From positions 2,790,001-2,854,000 of the forward strand of contig OZ193909.1 of NCBI GenBank assembly GCA_964276515.1: 64,000 nucleotides of DNA, in the 5' to 3' direction. Shown here piece after piece: positions 36,437 through 49,265 of the stretch. The translations under genes were made by a program, and so were the position numbers. The notes beneath the pieces were generated by a model. It saw only the letters and a program-made list of their open reading frames with translations, made no database searches and was not told where the DNA came from. Each line of letters begins with the position of its first letter. Positions within the stretch are counted from its first letter, which is position 1. The stretch comes from Gordius albopunctatus (Eukaryota).

Positions 36437-39064
36437 CCACTTAGTATATAATAATATATTCGATCCATAAACTCTTACATATTAAATAGGGATTTTGCGT
36501 TTATAAAATTTTTCATTAGATGCTTAAATCTGCTTGAAAATAAAATGATTTGTGAGGTAATTTAAAGGTCCTACACATTCCAAAAAATGCTCATAAATTA
36601 TGTCAAAATGAATTTCGAAATCTTAGTATAATAACAAATATTAAATTCGCTAATCTATAAGTACTATCTATATTTTTTGCGTGATCACTAGCTTATTTAA
36701 GTATGTCCATTTCCCAAAATCGCAAAATTACAAAAATAATACACCAAAAATTTCAAAATTTATTTGTTGTTGCAAAGCATTAGTTACAGGAAGTTGCTGT
36801 GACACGTGTTATCTTATATATTTTGTAAGACCTCGACTTTTTTAAATAGGTCAATATAGTTTGAGGTTTACGGTTGCTTGATATGCACTGTTTTCGAAAG
36901 TGATCTGATTTATCATTTAGCTTGAATAGGGTTGAAAAATTCTAACAAGCTAAATATTTACTAACATCTGAGTTTATATTATTGAGTGACAGGAAATGAG
37001 CTTTTAATTTTTCTGTCGTCCATTCCCCTGTATTAATAAAAAGTTTAAGATAATAAATTTCTATTAATTTAGTATAAAATAATTGTGAGATACCGTTTCC
37101 GGTTTAGATAAAATTAAAATCATTAATTTAATTGAAAATTTATCTAACTATTGTGATAACACAGGTCTACAACTTTTGATTTTGTAATTCCATCCCATAA
37201 TAAGACTGGTAATCCTGATAAAGAGTTTAACGCCAAACAATATGTTTTTAGCCAGATTTAAAGATAAATGAGAAAAAGTGCAAAAAATGCCCTCTTTAGC
37301 GTTTTTTGAGGCTTGATTCCCACGTACGAATATCTATATAATCCTACAGACTATTATCTAATATACGGGGTTAAATTTTATTTTTTTTCGTTTCACCTCA
37401 ATATTTCCTTTTATCAGTATTAATCCTCCCATGTCTTGGAATTCGGAGTACAATAGAGTACATAGTATTAACGCGATGTTTACTAACATTTCACTCGCTC
37501 TCTCCACCTATTCTCGCCTCTTTTTCCAAACCCATTCTCCTACTCTTTCACTCCCACCCTATCTAGCTAAGCACCAAGAAGGGGGCGGAAGCATAGGGGA
37601 CGGAGAGGTTAGAGTGAAATGATAGTAAACATCGCTTAATTAATCTTTACTAGACGAGAGGAAATTTGATAAAGGGAAGGGGGTATCGCGTTAACACCGA
37701 TAAAATTAAATATACTGTAAAGTAAAATTAAAGCACTGTAAATTAATCCACCGATTTTTATTATATAATTATTATTAAAAATCGGAATGAATCGATGAAG
37801 CTTATCTGGTGGGCGTAGGACACAACTATTTTATGCCTTTAAATAATTATATAAAAGTATTTTCTAAGCTTGATAAAAAAATTGGCTATTTCAATCTTAT
37901 TTTACCTTTGGCCCAAAAGAAAAATTTAATTTTAACACTGCAATATCCAAATATTATTATTATTTGTATTAAAACAATTAAGAATAAATTGCGTAACAAT
38001 TAATATAGGAGTAACCCGAAGCTATTGCTAGCCCTGGTCTCCACTACAGTTCGACTTGTTTTCTGCCTATTAACTAAAACAATTTTATAAACGCCTAACT
38101 CTGCTGTCATTTAATATTTTTAACGGGGGGTGGCGTATAAATTTAGATGTTAATTTAGTTTAAAAGGACAAAATATGAGTTACCATGGCATAAATTTATT
38201 GGCATAAGGAGGGGATCTACGAAAATTTCTTGGCTAAGTTTAAATTTTTCCTCCAAGACTTTATTTACCGGTAGGGTAGGTGTAGTGGTATCATCAATGA
38301 ACATTGATTGCTCGATTGCCACTAGTAATTATAGCTCACTTTGCTCGTTTTAAAATCCAAAATTTTTGCACTGAAATGTGTAGGATTTATTTCATCTTTC
38401 AAAAATATACAAATTTCCTACGACTAAAATTATTAACACTCCGTTAGTCAGGTGGGGTCCCTGAGACCCCAAGTTATGAAAAAGTAATGACGTAATTAAT
38501 ACGGCAATTTACGTATTGAAGTTAAAATAAACAAGGTTACAAGGTATTGGTTCGTGTGGAATTTTTAGGACCCCCTATATGTTTAATAGATTAGATTATT
38601 TTAAATATATCTGTTCGTGCCCGGCCCGGTCCGATATATAAATATACCCGCTCGGGTCCACCAGAACCAATCTAAGTCCGACTGTGCCTAAATCATTAAA
38701 GCTGCCCAAACTGCCCGGCGGGAAATTATGAGGCAATATGATTAATTAATATAATTCACAATATCATTTAATCTTTTTACAACGTATGGGGGTTTTCTTA
38801 TAAACTTAGCAAATATACCAAAAAATTAAGACTATTGATATTATATCGTGTCATCCCAGAATAATATGGCTATAATTGTTATAATAAATGAAAAGCCTAA
38901 TATTTAGCATTTGGTTCTACCAATCGCCAAGTTGTAAATTTTGAGTTTGAAGGGAGTATCACAAACAAAAATTTAAATTCAATTTGTTTTTTTTGAATAC
39001 TTTGCAGCATAATGTTTGAAAAGGCGTTTATAGATGAATTCAAGCATTAAAAAAACGTGAGTAT

Positions 39065-39556
39065 TAGAGACCTGCATAGGCCGAAAAATATATTTTTTTT
39101 TCGGCCCGCACCCAGCCCGCAGATAAAACGCTAAAATTGAGTCCCATCAGGCCAGCTCTAGTAAAAACAAGTCCACGTTGTTTAGTAATCATTTATTTGT
39201 ATAAAAAAGATTTTGTATTGTTCATAAAGTATTTAAGCTAGAGCATTTAAAAACGGTTTTAATCAAAAAGATATCATTTGATATCGTCGTAAAAGGCTAT
39301 CTATTTTATCAGGCAATAATCTGCTTCCTCTCTCTCTACATCCTCAGGTTTTAAATTTGATCCAAGATAGGTGTCAACTTCGTTAGAGTCTTTAACCTTT
39401 ACTGTGGCATCATTCTCAGCAGGTTCCTCACCTAATATGATTTTTTGGGAGCCAGCCAGGATTATCTTGCATGGAATTATTTAGGAAATCTTTGACCTTA
39501 GTTTTACATGGCAGCTTCTTTCATCTTAATCGCCCGGCCCATGCAGGTGGTCTCTA
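39065..39556. mobile_element. Small hAT-type element
   Basis: TIR tagagacctgcat/atgcagg(tgg)tctcta, a decayed 8-bp TSD (gtgagtat vs atgcgtaa), and gcccg subterminal motifs. Confidence 0.65.
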
Positions 39557-39927
39557 ATGCGTAACTACAGTAATGCACAGTTGAAACGGGTTAGGCTTTT
39601 AACCCAATTAAGCTTTGGCAGACATCAAACACTAAGCGCTAAAAATAAAATTGTTCTCGAAAATATGCAATCGTTTATTAATAATAATCATAATCTCTAA
39701 CGATCCATGAAATACTAAGCTAAACGTCACTCCTATACGCACACGTGTAATACACAATAAGCTATGGTGATGATTTATCAATATTTCGATTAAAAAGTTT
39801 TCACGACGCACAAATATAGATGAGATGGTGTTTGAATAATTAATTTAATTAAATCAAGTAAATTAAATTAATCGGAAAAAGTATAATGAACGCCAAACGA
39901 TAAAGCCAGCGAGAAATGGTAAATGCT

Positions 39928-42900
39928 TTAGAAGAAAGTGCTCATTCCATAATTAGTATCACGATAGGTTCTATCATCATTCAATCTTCTAAGTTCTTCT
40001 CGATCATTTTGATATTGGTTTGCCTTATTTATTTCACTGTGATTTCCGCTGTAAGTCCCAAAGGCATCTTTCACATGACCATTGCTTTGGAAATCTAAAG
40101 TTAGCCAAATTTAACATTAAGATTTTAGTGAAATCCTGAATGCGAAATTTGCAGTTTTAAAAAGTACTTTAATGATTCTAACTTACTTTCTTTCACCGGT
40201 TTCCAACTTCTCGGCAAAGTATTAAAATTTTTAAAACGCATTTTTGAATTATCAACTGTCGCATTACCATCCCACAAAGATGTGTGGTTGATTCTATCCA
40301 CTGTAGATGGATTATAGCAAGATCTGTCAGAATCCTAATGAAGTGAACACAACAATAAATTAGGGTTAAATTGAAATATAATGAGATTATAATTTATTCT
40401 GTTTTTAAATGTCATATTAAATTAAAAACGGCGGCAATTTAGCCCTCTGTTGGAAACGAATAATTTGAATAATAACCCTTTGGACATAATTTGCAAAATA
40501 TTTTATATAAAATTAAACAAGCCATTAAAATGGGTCGAAAAATTAAAAAGTAAGCTTTATTAGTTTAACTTTTTAAATACTAAAAATTGCCTAAACTGTC
40601 TCGTCAGATTGGTTAATATTTCAAACTTTTATTTCCCCGAATATTTTGGCTTGTTAGGTTGGAGTATAATAAAATACAATATATTTGAGGTCGCTTTCCT
40701 TTAGATTCACTACAAGACGTTGTTTAGAGGTTCCTTACGTGAAAAGTTTCATATTTTGGGTATTGCGGGATGTAAGTTGAATCCCAATGTTTACCGTAGG
40801 CTGCCGATTGTTGATTACTTTTATCCAAACGTCTCGAAGGCAAATCCATGCACTCCTCCTTAGTAATGGTGGAATCAACGACCCAATCGTTAGATTTTTG
40901 GCGCCTATTGGCGAATATTTGTGCCCCGCGGTCAGCATGACGTTGGGAAGTGAAACCTTTATGAAGATCGTTCACTATGGACTTGCACAGGTCGGGGGAC
41001 ACTTTGTCGTGCGTACATATACTGGAATCCGGGTAGCGCGTTTGTAATGGAGATCCCTGAAAAGTTTGCGTCACAAAAATATGGTTTATTAAATTTAGAA
41101 AAATGCGTTTAACTATTACAAGAAAACGTAATACATCACATGTAATGACTATCATCATGACTAAACATATTATAGGTAAGAGACATGGGCGTAGCCGGGG
41201 GGGGAGCAGAGAGGGGCTGCCCCCTTCTAAATCCAAAAATGCGTTAAAATTTATTAAAATAATGGCGAAAATTTCAAAAACCTAAATCATAATGCTCTGG
41301 CTACGTCCATGATAAAGACCTTACGATGCAGTAAAATTTTTTAAAAGGCTAACATGTCTAAAAAATTTGACTTCCTTTTGAGCTAATAATTCTAATATTA
41401 TAGAGTTTAATAACTGATTGATATCATTGAATTATTGATAAAATTGAATAAAATTTACGATCTTTTGAAATGGATTGCATTTATATTGTATTTAGAATAT
41501 AATATTATGAACCCCTATCCTTCTTTGCGACAATACACATTTATTGGGAAAATTCTCATAATAATTTAAATTTGGCCGATACCAAAATTTAACAAATATT
41601 TTTGTATTAATTTTATTTAAGAATAAGAAAATACCTTTTTAACTTTTTATTATATTCTCTTTAATAGTACAAATAATTTTAAATTAATTCAAAAATTAGC
41701 CCTAGCTATAACCTCATGTACTTGTGAAAACCGTTTTTAATATTAAAACCTGTTAAAATATGATTTGACGTTTGTCATATCCATCACTTAAGTCCTATTT
41801 ATATGTCATCCACTAACTTTCTGCGTAAACCTTACCAAAATTTAAAAAATTTAGCTATAGAAATGTTATTTGGCTATTATGAAAAAGAAATTGGATTTTT
41901 ATATAGTATACCGTGAAGTTTATTTTTTTTATTCATTGCAACAATTTAGAAACCAATATGTTAGAAACATGGGCGTAGCCAAGTATTGGATCAGGGAGGG
42001 GGGCAAAACGTATAAAAGTTCAATTAGAGGGAGGAAAAACATAAATGTTTTTAATTTTTTAACGTTTTTGCAGTGAAATATTTTTCGTAATTTAGAGGGG
42101 GCAGCCGCCCCCTCTGCCCCCCCTGGCTATGCCCATGGCTAGAAACAAATTATGTGAATAATTTAACGTCAACGATAGCGTTTGGGATTTTAAAAACAAC
42201 TCCGACACTTAAATAGGATGAATTAAACATATGTTATATAAATTGATCGGCCAAAATTTAAAAAAAATTACTTGTGAGGTAAGCTAAGAAATTATAAACG
42301 AGAATAGCTAATTTTTTATGTGTGGTATTCTTACGACTAAATGCCTTGGATCCGATGCGTATTTGGGGATTCCAGTCGGGGAGAAAGTTTCATAACGATT
42401 TTCATCATAAAAACTGCTTCGCCGTTCATTACCTACTGATTCTTGATTTAAATATGTTTAGGCATTCAAATAAAATAAATATTCATATATTATATAAAAA
42501 ACCGTTGGAAATTTTTGATATGTACACGTAAACTAAATAACATATCAAGTAACGGAAGAGTTCTTATATTAAATTTAAAATGTTTAATAATACTTCTATT
42601 ATAAGTATTCGCATATTCTGTTTCGCCCCCGTAAGCTATTTTTTCCCAATTTTTGGCTTTTTCTGCTCTCTTCATAAACATCATGGAAGCTTTATTCTGA
42701 TTTTCTGGGCTACTCAAAGAATTGGCTATTTTATGGCTTATATCGATTTGCTCTTTAACACTCGGCGCCAAGTTTAACAGCGATGGCCCTAATATTTATT
42801 TAAAGACAATTTACATGGGCTCAAAATGAAAAAAAGTAAGAGCCACCAAACTACAAAAGACACAGATTTTTCTACTTTTTACTAAATTTTTAAAGGACCG

Positions 42901-43804
42901 ACCCATCTCCTCGCTTGAAAATGCATTTAGTAGATGATAAGTGCAATCAATATATTATATATAATTTCGCCTGGACTAACTAAACATTCTCATTTGGCCA
43001 ACCACCAGTTAGAAATCGATATAAATTTCCTACAGGCAGCTTATAGAGGAAGTGTTCTGTATTAGGAGTAGGACCCAAACAGTAATTGATAATGATGTAT
43101 TAACTGGGGGATCAGCAAAAATTGACCCAATTACCGGTTGATACTCAAGAAAGTCAGCTCAAAAAAGTTATGCAAAAGACGCCAGACCACTAACTTCAGA
43201 AAATATCATTCATCGAATTTAATATTGATTAACGAAAATGTTATTAGTATGATATGACTTGCTATGTTAAATTAAAATTTATTTAAAAATGACAAAAAAG
43301 ATATTAATGATAGAGAAGGGGCAAAATTTTGACATTTAAATAACTTAAAACATTTAATAGTAGAGAATTTTTGGATTTTAAATGGAAGGGGGCAGTTGCT
43401 CTCCTTGCCTCCCCCTGGCTATCCCCCAGTCTGCGTTGACTCAACTTAATTTAGAATAGAATTGTTAATTAATTTAATAAAAGTTAATTAAAATGAAAAT
43501 CTACAAATCGATAGTGATGCCTATTTCAAAATAAAGTTTGTTTTTAATTATTTCTAATTTTTTCGCAAATAGCTACGATTTTAAATAAATTTAACCGCCA
43601 TTAAAATTGTTATAAACAAAACTTACTTTTAGGTTTAATCGTCTTTATATCGTTTAAAGTAGAGGAAGATTCAATGCTATTCGAAACAATTTTATACTGC
43701 TGACTTTGCTTAAAATTATAATTTTTCTTTTCTATAAACTCCGAAGATGATATAAATGGCGAAGAATGATAAAAGGAACGCGAAAATAAATCTTCAATAT
43801 CCAT
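39928..43804 (-). CDS. Synaptopodin/myopodin-like protein, short isoform and shared 3' exons (367 aa)
   Basis: Exons 43804-43627, 42788-42594, 42432-42335, 41056-40739, 40334-40187 and 40094-39928 splice in phase. Motifs SVKEQIDISHKIANSL...NKASMMFMKRAEKAKNW, RGAQIFANRRQKSNDWVVD and FKNFNTLPRSW resemble synaptopodin/calsarcin-type repeats. An in-frame TGA immediately precedes ATG 43804. Confidence 0.8.
41968..42137. mobile_element. hAT MITE (CATGGGCGTAGCC family), intronic
   Basis: TIR catgggcgtagcc/ggctatgcccatg with TSD gttagaaa/gctagaaa (7 of 8 match). Confidence 0.85.
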
Positions 43805-44523
43805 TCAGTTTTGCTGTTTTATGCATTATCTAGTTTAATTTGCTATACTTGGAGGCAAATTTACACATTTTACAAATAAAATTAAGAATGGTTGAGGTGG
43901 AGGAGAGCCGGCGAGCAACATAATTAATATTCAATCTCAATATTTTCAGATCATCGGCAATTTTTTTCTTAAATTTTATTCGCTTCAAATAGTGATCCCA
44001 TATGTTGTTAAGATAACCTTCTTCGTATTGTGGTTGGTTTAAAAGGATGCGCCAGCTTTTTTTGCATAAAAAACTTTAAACTATATCCATCAAGTCTATG
44101 CTATGCTGCTTGGCTAGTTAGCCGTAACATAATGTATAAGAAGATTTAATATGATGAAAGCTATTTAAATTTGCAAATAAATTTTGCTACCAAAATTTAA
44201 AATTTCAACAAAAAAATAATTTAATGTGCTTCCGCTAAATAATACACTTTCGTGTTTGACAACCAAAAATAAATGTTTAAAGACGTTGAATATACCCATA
44301 TTTATATACACCTTGTAGGAATTTTAAAAATTTGGCCATATGTTACTAAAAACACAGTCTCAGATAATTATTTTTATAGATCAAGATTAGAATTGTTTAA
44401 ACAAGGGTTTGTGTTGAACTTTATAAGATTTAAATGACATTATCTCTTTTTTGAGTTAATTTGGTCAGTGAAATTAAAATTTTTTACATTTGTATTTAAA
44501 AGACCATTTAAAGAAATCTACAT

Positions 44524-45291
44524 TAGAGCCCTACACGGAGGATTTGTATTTCTGATAGAGACTTTGCTATGGCCTTTTTGGGCTATATTTACACACTATC
44601 TCTAATTTATTTTAATAAAATGAATATAATCTCATAGCCCATTGATTAATCTAAAGGGCTATTTTTTGCATTAAGATTCCTCCCAATTTTAAAATACCTT
44701 CGGATCGGGTCGGGTTCGGGTTGAAAAATTTAAAACGCTTTCGGGTCGGGTCGGGTTGAAGGTTATAAATCTTACATTGCATAACAAACATGTCTTTCAC
44801 GTGGATTTTTTCGGTTGGGAGGAATGTGCAGATGAAAATGTTGAAGAAAAAGATGAACTTGAGGAATATATTCATTATAAACTTGCAAAAAAGTATGAAA
44901 TATACGACAAATTAAAATGGTGGATAATATATTCTTATAAATATCCTGTTTTAGGGTTATTGGCTCGTAAATTTCTGGCCTTACCTGCCTCTTCTACGTC
45001 CAGTGAGAGATCTTTCTCTACAGCTGGACGAATTTTAGAAGATAGGAGGTCGAGTTTACGGCCTGAAATTGTAGACGCTATTATATTTATACATAATTAT
45101 AATAATTCTCTCAAATAAATTTATTATTCTAATTCGTGGCGTCAAATTGTTTCTGAAAGCTTCCAATTTATTTTGTCAAATCAATTTAAAATATTTAAAA
45201 CGCTTTCGTGTCTGGTCGTTTTTGGGTTGAAAAATTAAAAACGCTTTCGGGTCGGGTTCGGGTTGAAAAAAAGTGACTTTGCAGGGCTCTA
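44524..45291 (+). mobile_element. Non-autonomous hAT element with dimerization-domain ORF
   Basis: TIR tagagcccta/gcagggctcta, a perfect 8-bp TSD atctacat, and LKWW...YPVLGLLARKFLALPASSTSSERSFSTAG ending at 45118. Confidence 0.93.
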
Positions 45292-46118
45292 ATCTACATA
45301 ACTATCATCTTATTGATTATCTTCAGGTAATGTTAAAATTAACAATATTAGACTAGATTTTGCTATTAGATTCATTATTTAATATTTTTCATAGATCAGC
45401 GGGTCCAAAAACTAAATTAGCCAATATTTAGAAAATATAATCCAATATAAATTTTTTTGTTAATGTACTAGATGGTTTTCACAGCCAAATGTACAATTAT
45501 TTTAATATTAATCTCCAAAAAAAACGTATATACTTAGAATTAGAAGTATTTATTAAAAATTTTGCTAAAATTCATAAAATGCTGCATTTTTTTATTTTAA
45601 CAAAACATTTGATTGTAGCGATTATTAATTTTTTTAGCTACATTTTTTCATCTTGAGCATATTTTCTGAAATCACAAATAGTGATAAGTTTTTAAAATCA
45701 AATATAAAAGTATTTTTTAAATTACGATAATATTTTTTTACTTCTAACTCTCTGATTTACAAATTTTTATTTATATATCGTCAAAGGCTATGACAATAGA
45801 CTTTTATACTTAACTATACCAACTATTTTAAAATCTTGACGTATCAAATTAATACAAAATATATTCTAATATAGACATTAATTCTCGTTCATTCTGAAAT
45901 TACTTAAAAACACGCTAGACTCAGCTATTCACTTTGTGACATAAACATGATGTTAGTCTGGCTGGGCTGGGGGAAACAAGGAGGGGCATTTGCCCCCACC
46001 TAATTTTAAAACCCTTTTTAAATTATAAAATTAAGGTAAAATTTTCTGAAAAATCATTTTCTCCGTTTTAACACTAATGCTCATGGTAACAATTTAATTT
46101 GAAAAAATATAAATGTAC

Positions 46119-49100
46119 TTCTTGTAGAAGCGATTGTGCTATCACAGCTCATATCCCTTTCACTTTCATTAATTATATCCTTCGACTCGGTAATAAATTT
46201 CTTTTGTATAGCATTTTGATGATCCAATGTGTCAGCACTGTTCTGAGGAATTATCAAGGATTTGCTGTGATAAATTACACAAACGTCAAAAATAAGTAAA
46301 GTTTCTAAATAGTGAGACAAAGTTATTATTTCCCTAGAAAAACCTTAGTATATCTGTCTTGTAAAAAATATCTCTTAACTTCAAATGTAATTTCGAATTA
46401 TTAACAGACCAATGTTAATTTCTTTAAATTATTTTACTAAACACAAAAAATATATTTTAATAAATGGCTTTAAAAAAACCTGGGTGAGGTATGTGTCATT
46501 GATCTTGTCATTGAATCATTCTTCAGATCAATTCCATTATGACTTTTTGCGGGCCAAGAGTTTTGGGAATGAGCCACATCACCATTGTTTGATTCCCCAC
46601 AACCATCTCTTGGTAAATCAAAACTTTTATTTCCATTATAAGTTTGCTTGTTTAATTTAGGTTGGTGCGTAACTGGTTCGCTTTTATCAAAATTTTGGTA
46701 TGTTTGATGATTTTTGACTTGATTTGGCTGTTTGTCTCCGTTCATTTCCATTCTATCGCTAGTTTGCTAATAATAAAATAATATTTTATCTATGTGTAAT
46801 TGAAATTCAAATTTATGACCAACTTAAGTAAATAATATTACCATAGAATTTTTGGAGGAGCCATTATATTTGTGCCCATTTACCATAGGGACAGTCCGAT
46901 TAGGAAGGAAAGGCTGTGCCACGTTATTAGCGCATCCATTACTAATTTTGCGATTTTTAAATAGCTGTTGCCAAGGAATCGGAGAATTGTAATTTTCTTG
47001 AGAATTTGAAATTGACGTTATGCTAGGCCTTGATGTTGCTTTAAGGTAAAAATCGGTAAGTTTTTGTTTGGGCGACGTCACCTGTTTACAGCCAAAATCT
47101 TTATTATCAAAATCGTAGCCTTGAGAACTAGTTGTCATTTTGATGGTATTGATAGGATCCACTATTTTATTCATTGTCAAATAGTTTTGATGTGCCCTTG
47201 GCTCAAAAGCAAATTTTTGTTGCTTAGTTTCGCTGGACTTTCTTTTTAGGTGGGATGAGTTGTCTTGTCCATTACGGTAGGTTTCGTAACTTTCACACGG
47301 TTTGTAGAGATAATGGTTTGGGAAATTGTCGCTATCAAGTTTACAAGGGTTTCTATTTTCGGTACGAGTTTCTATTTTAAACTGCGATCTTTCTTTGGGA
47401 GAAAAATGTGTATCCATAGCTAAGTCCTGGATAGACCGGGTACAAATAAATGAGCTCGACATGCAGCGCGTAGTGGAACCGTCATAAGGATTTTCTTTTA
47501 TGGCATTGGCCCAGGTGCTTTCAGCCATGAATGAAGCCGACATTTCTTTTCCAGTTAGCGGATCCAATATCCTTTCTCGACCATGTTCCCTCTTCTCGTA
47601 CAAGTCGCCATAAAGCCTTGGACCCGATATAGAAATTAGCTTTGTTTCCAGGCTCGATGGATAAAATTCTTGCAGCGATTCTAACCAGACGTCTCTACGT
47701 ATCTTTCCACGTTTAAAGTTATCCGTACTCCTGGCCATGTTATTACTACGAGACAATGAGCTGGAGTTTATTTTAGGCACCCCCTTACCCAAAGTGACTT
47801 CGGCATATCGTAATCCGCCTGTATTAAAATTGTTATCTTTAACTGCTCCTGTCGAAGGAATTGAATGGCGTTTGAAGTCTTCGTGTGTAAGTGAGTCCTG
47901 TAATTTATGAGGATCATTGGGATACCTAATAGTTTTCAGAGTTCTATCTTCGACGGAGTTTATCAAGGCGACATCTTGTAAACGCGGAAAGTTAAACAGG
48001 CCGTTTGTCGATTGAGGGATCAATTCGGTAACATCTTTAGATTGTTTCCTAGGACATGGCTTAATCAGTGTGTTATCCACCTTGTACATTAACTGCGCTA
48101 AAATATCTAATTTCTGCGATTGTTCTTCTAACTTTTTGTCTCCGGGTATTTCCCCCTGCATATTTTGCCCTTCCCCAGAACTCGACTTTTTCCTAGAAGC
48201 CTCGCGAGTTGAATGCTTAAGTGGGTCCATTAATTTCAAGGTGGATACGAGTGTTTCGTTTTCGGACAGTAAATTTATAAGCCTTTTCTCCCGTTCCGAC
48301 AAAAAATTGTGAAAGTCATATGGGTCAGTTTGCATAGATGCATCAATAGACACTTTTCGTCCTCTGCTGAAATTCATTTCATTTGGAATTGCTGAAATTG
48401 CTTTGTCTTCACGTTTGGAACTGTCTCGAACGTATATTTCATCCGCATTTACATCTTGATTTAATAACACCTCCTTCTTTCCATTCATGATATACATGTG
48501 GTATTCAACTTTTGGTGCGTTACTTGCTTCAACTAGCGTTCTTTTGGCAGCGATCACAGGAGTACTTTCATTTTTTTCTACTTGAATTATATCCATATTA
48601 ATAATTTCTTCGTTATGACCAGTGGGTGTTAATTGATATTTCTCGTCAAATCGCTCCGTTATTTTATTATTATGACAAGGTTGCGTAGCGTTCCTTTGTT
48701 CGGCATTGGATATAATACTGGTTAAAGATTGGGCTATTAATGACTTTATCATTTTGGTGACATATTGCTGCAGGAAGTCTCGATCTCGAGTTATTTTTCG
48801 CCCCGATTTTGAAGTATCTCTTAGTATCTTAACCTTAGGTGTTCTAGGTAAAACGGTAACTATCATGGTTGCTTCGATATTTTGAGCTCTACTCGAGGTC
48901 GCTTGATTGGATAAAATCTGGAATAAAATAACATGCATTTTTAAGCATCGGATTTGTGTGTTTACTTGCGGAAACTTTGTTACTAAGTGAGTGTGTTCAA
49001 TCATGGCCATTTTCATCGCTGGATCATCCAAAGATTTTGGGAGAGGCTCGTTTCTTAAAAAGTGGTTAGGAGAAAAGTTTTAATAAGGAATTCTTATAAG

Positions 49101-49265
49101 AAAAACCAGGTACCTGCAAATCGTTAAGTTTAATGATTGAGAATAATCGTTGTCGAGTTTGTTTAAAGCTTCTTCGAACATCATATCGCCGACTTTGAGA
49201 CCGTCAATGTACAATATTTTGTCCCCCACTAAGAGCAAATTGTGAGCTTTCCCACGTCTTCTTAC
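46119..49265 (-). CDS. PDZ-domain and long low-similarity exons, probable 5' part of the synaptopodin-like gene
   Basis: Exon 49265-49114 reads VRRRGKAHNLLLVGDKILYIDGLKVGDMMFEEALNKLD...LNLTI (C-terminal half of a PDZ). It joins in phase to 49053-46842, 46766-46480 and 46333-46119. The phase-1 donor at 46118 matches the phase-1 acceptor at 42788. A possible in-frame 48-nt intron lies at 48918-48965. The first PDZ exon was not located. Confidence 0.75.

Noticed and set aside
41057..41236. N-terminal 60 aa of ORF 40724-41236
   Set aside because: It derives from a MITE and intron; the real exon starts at the acceptor at 41056.
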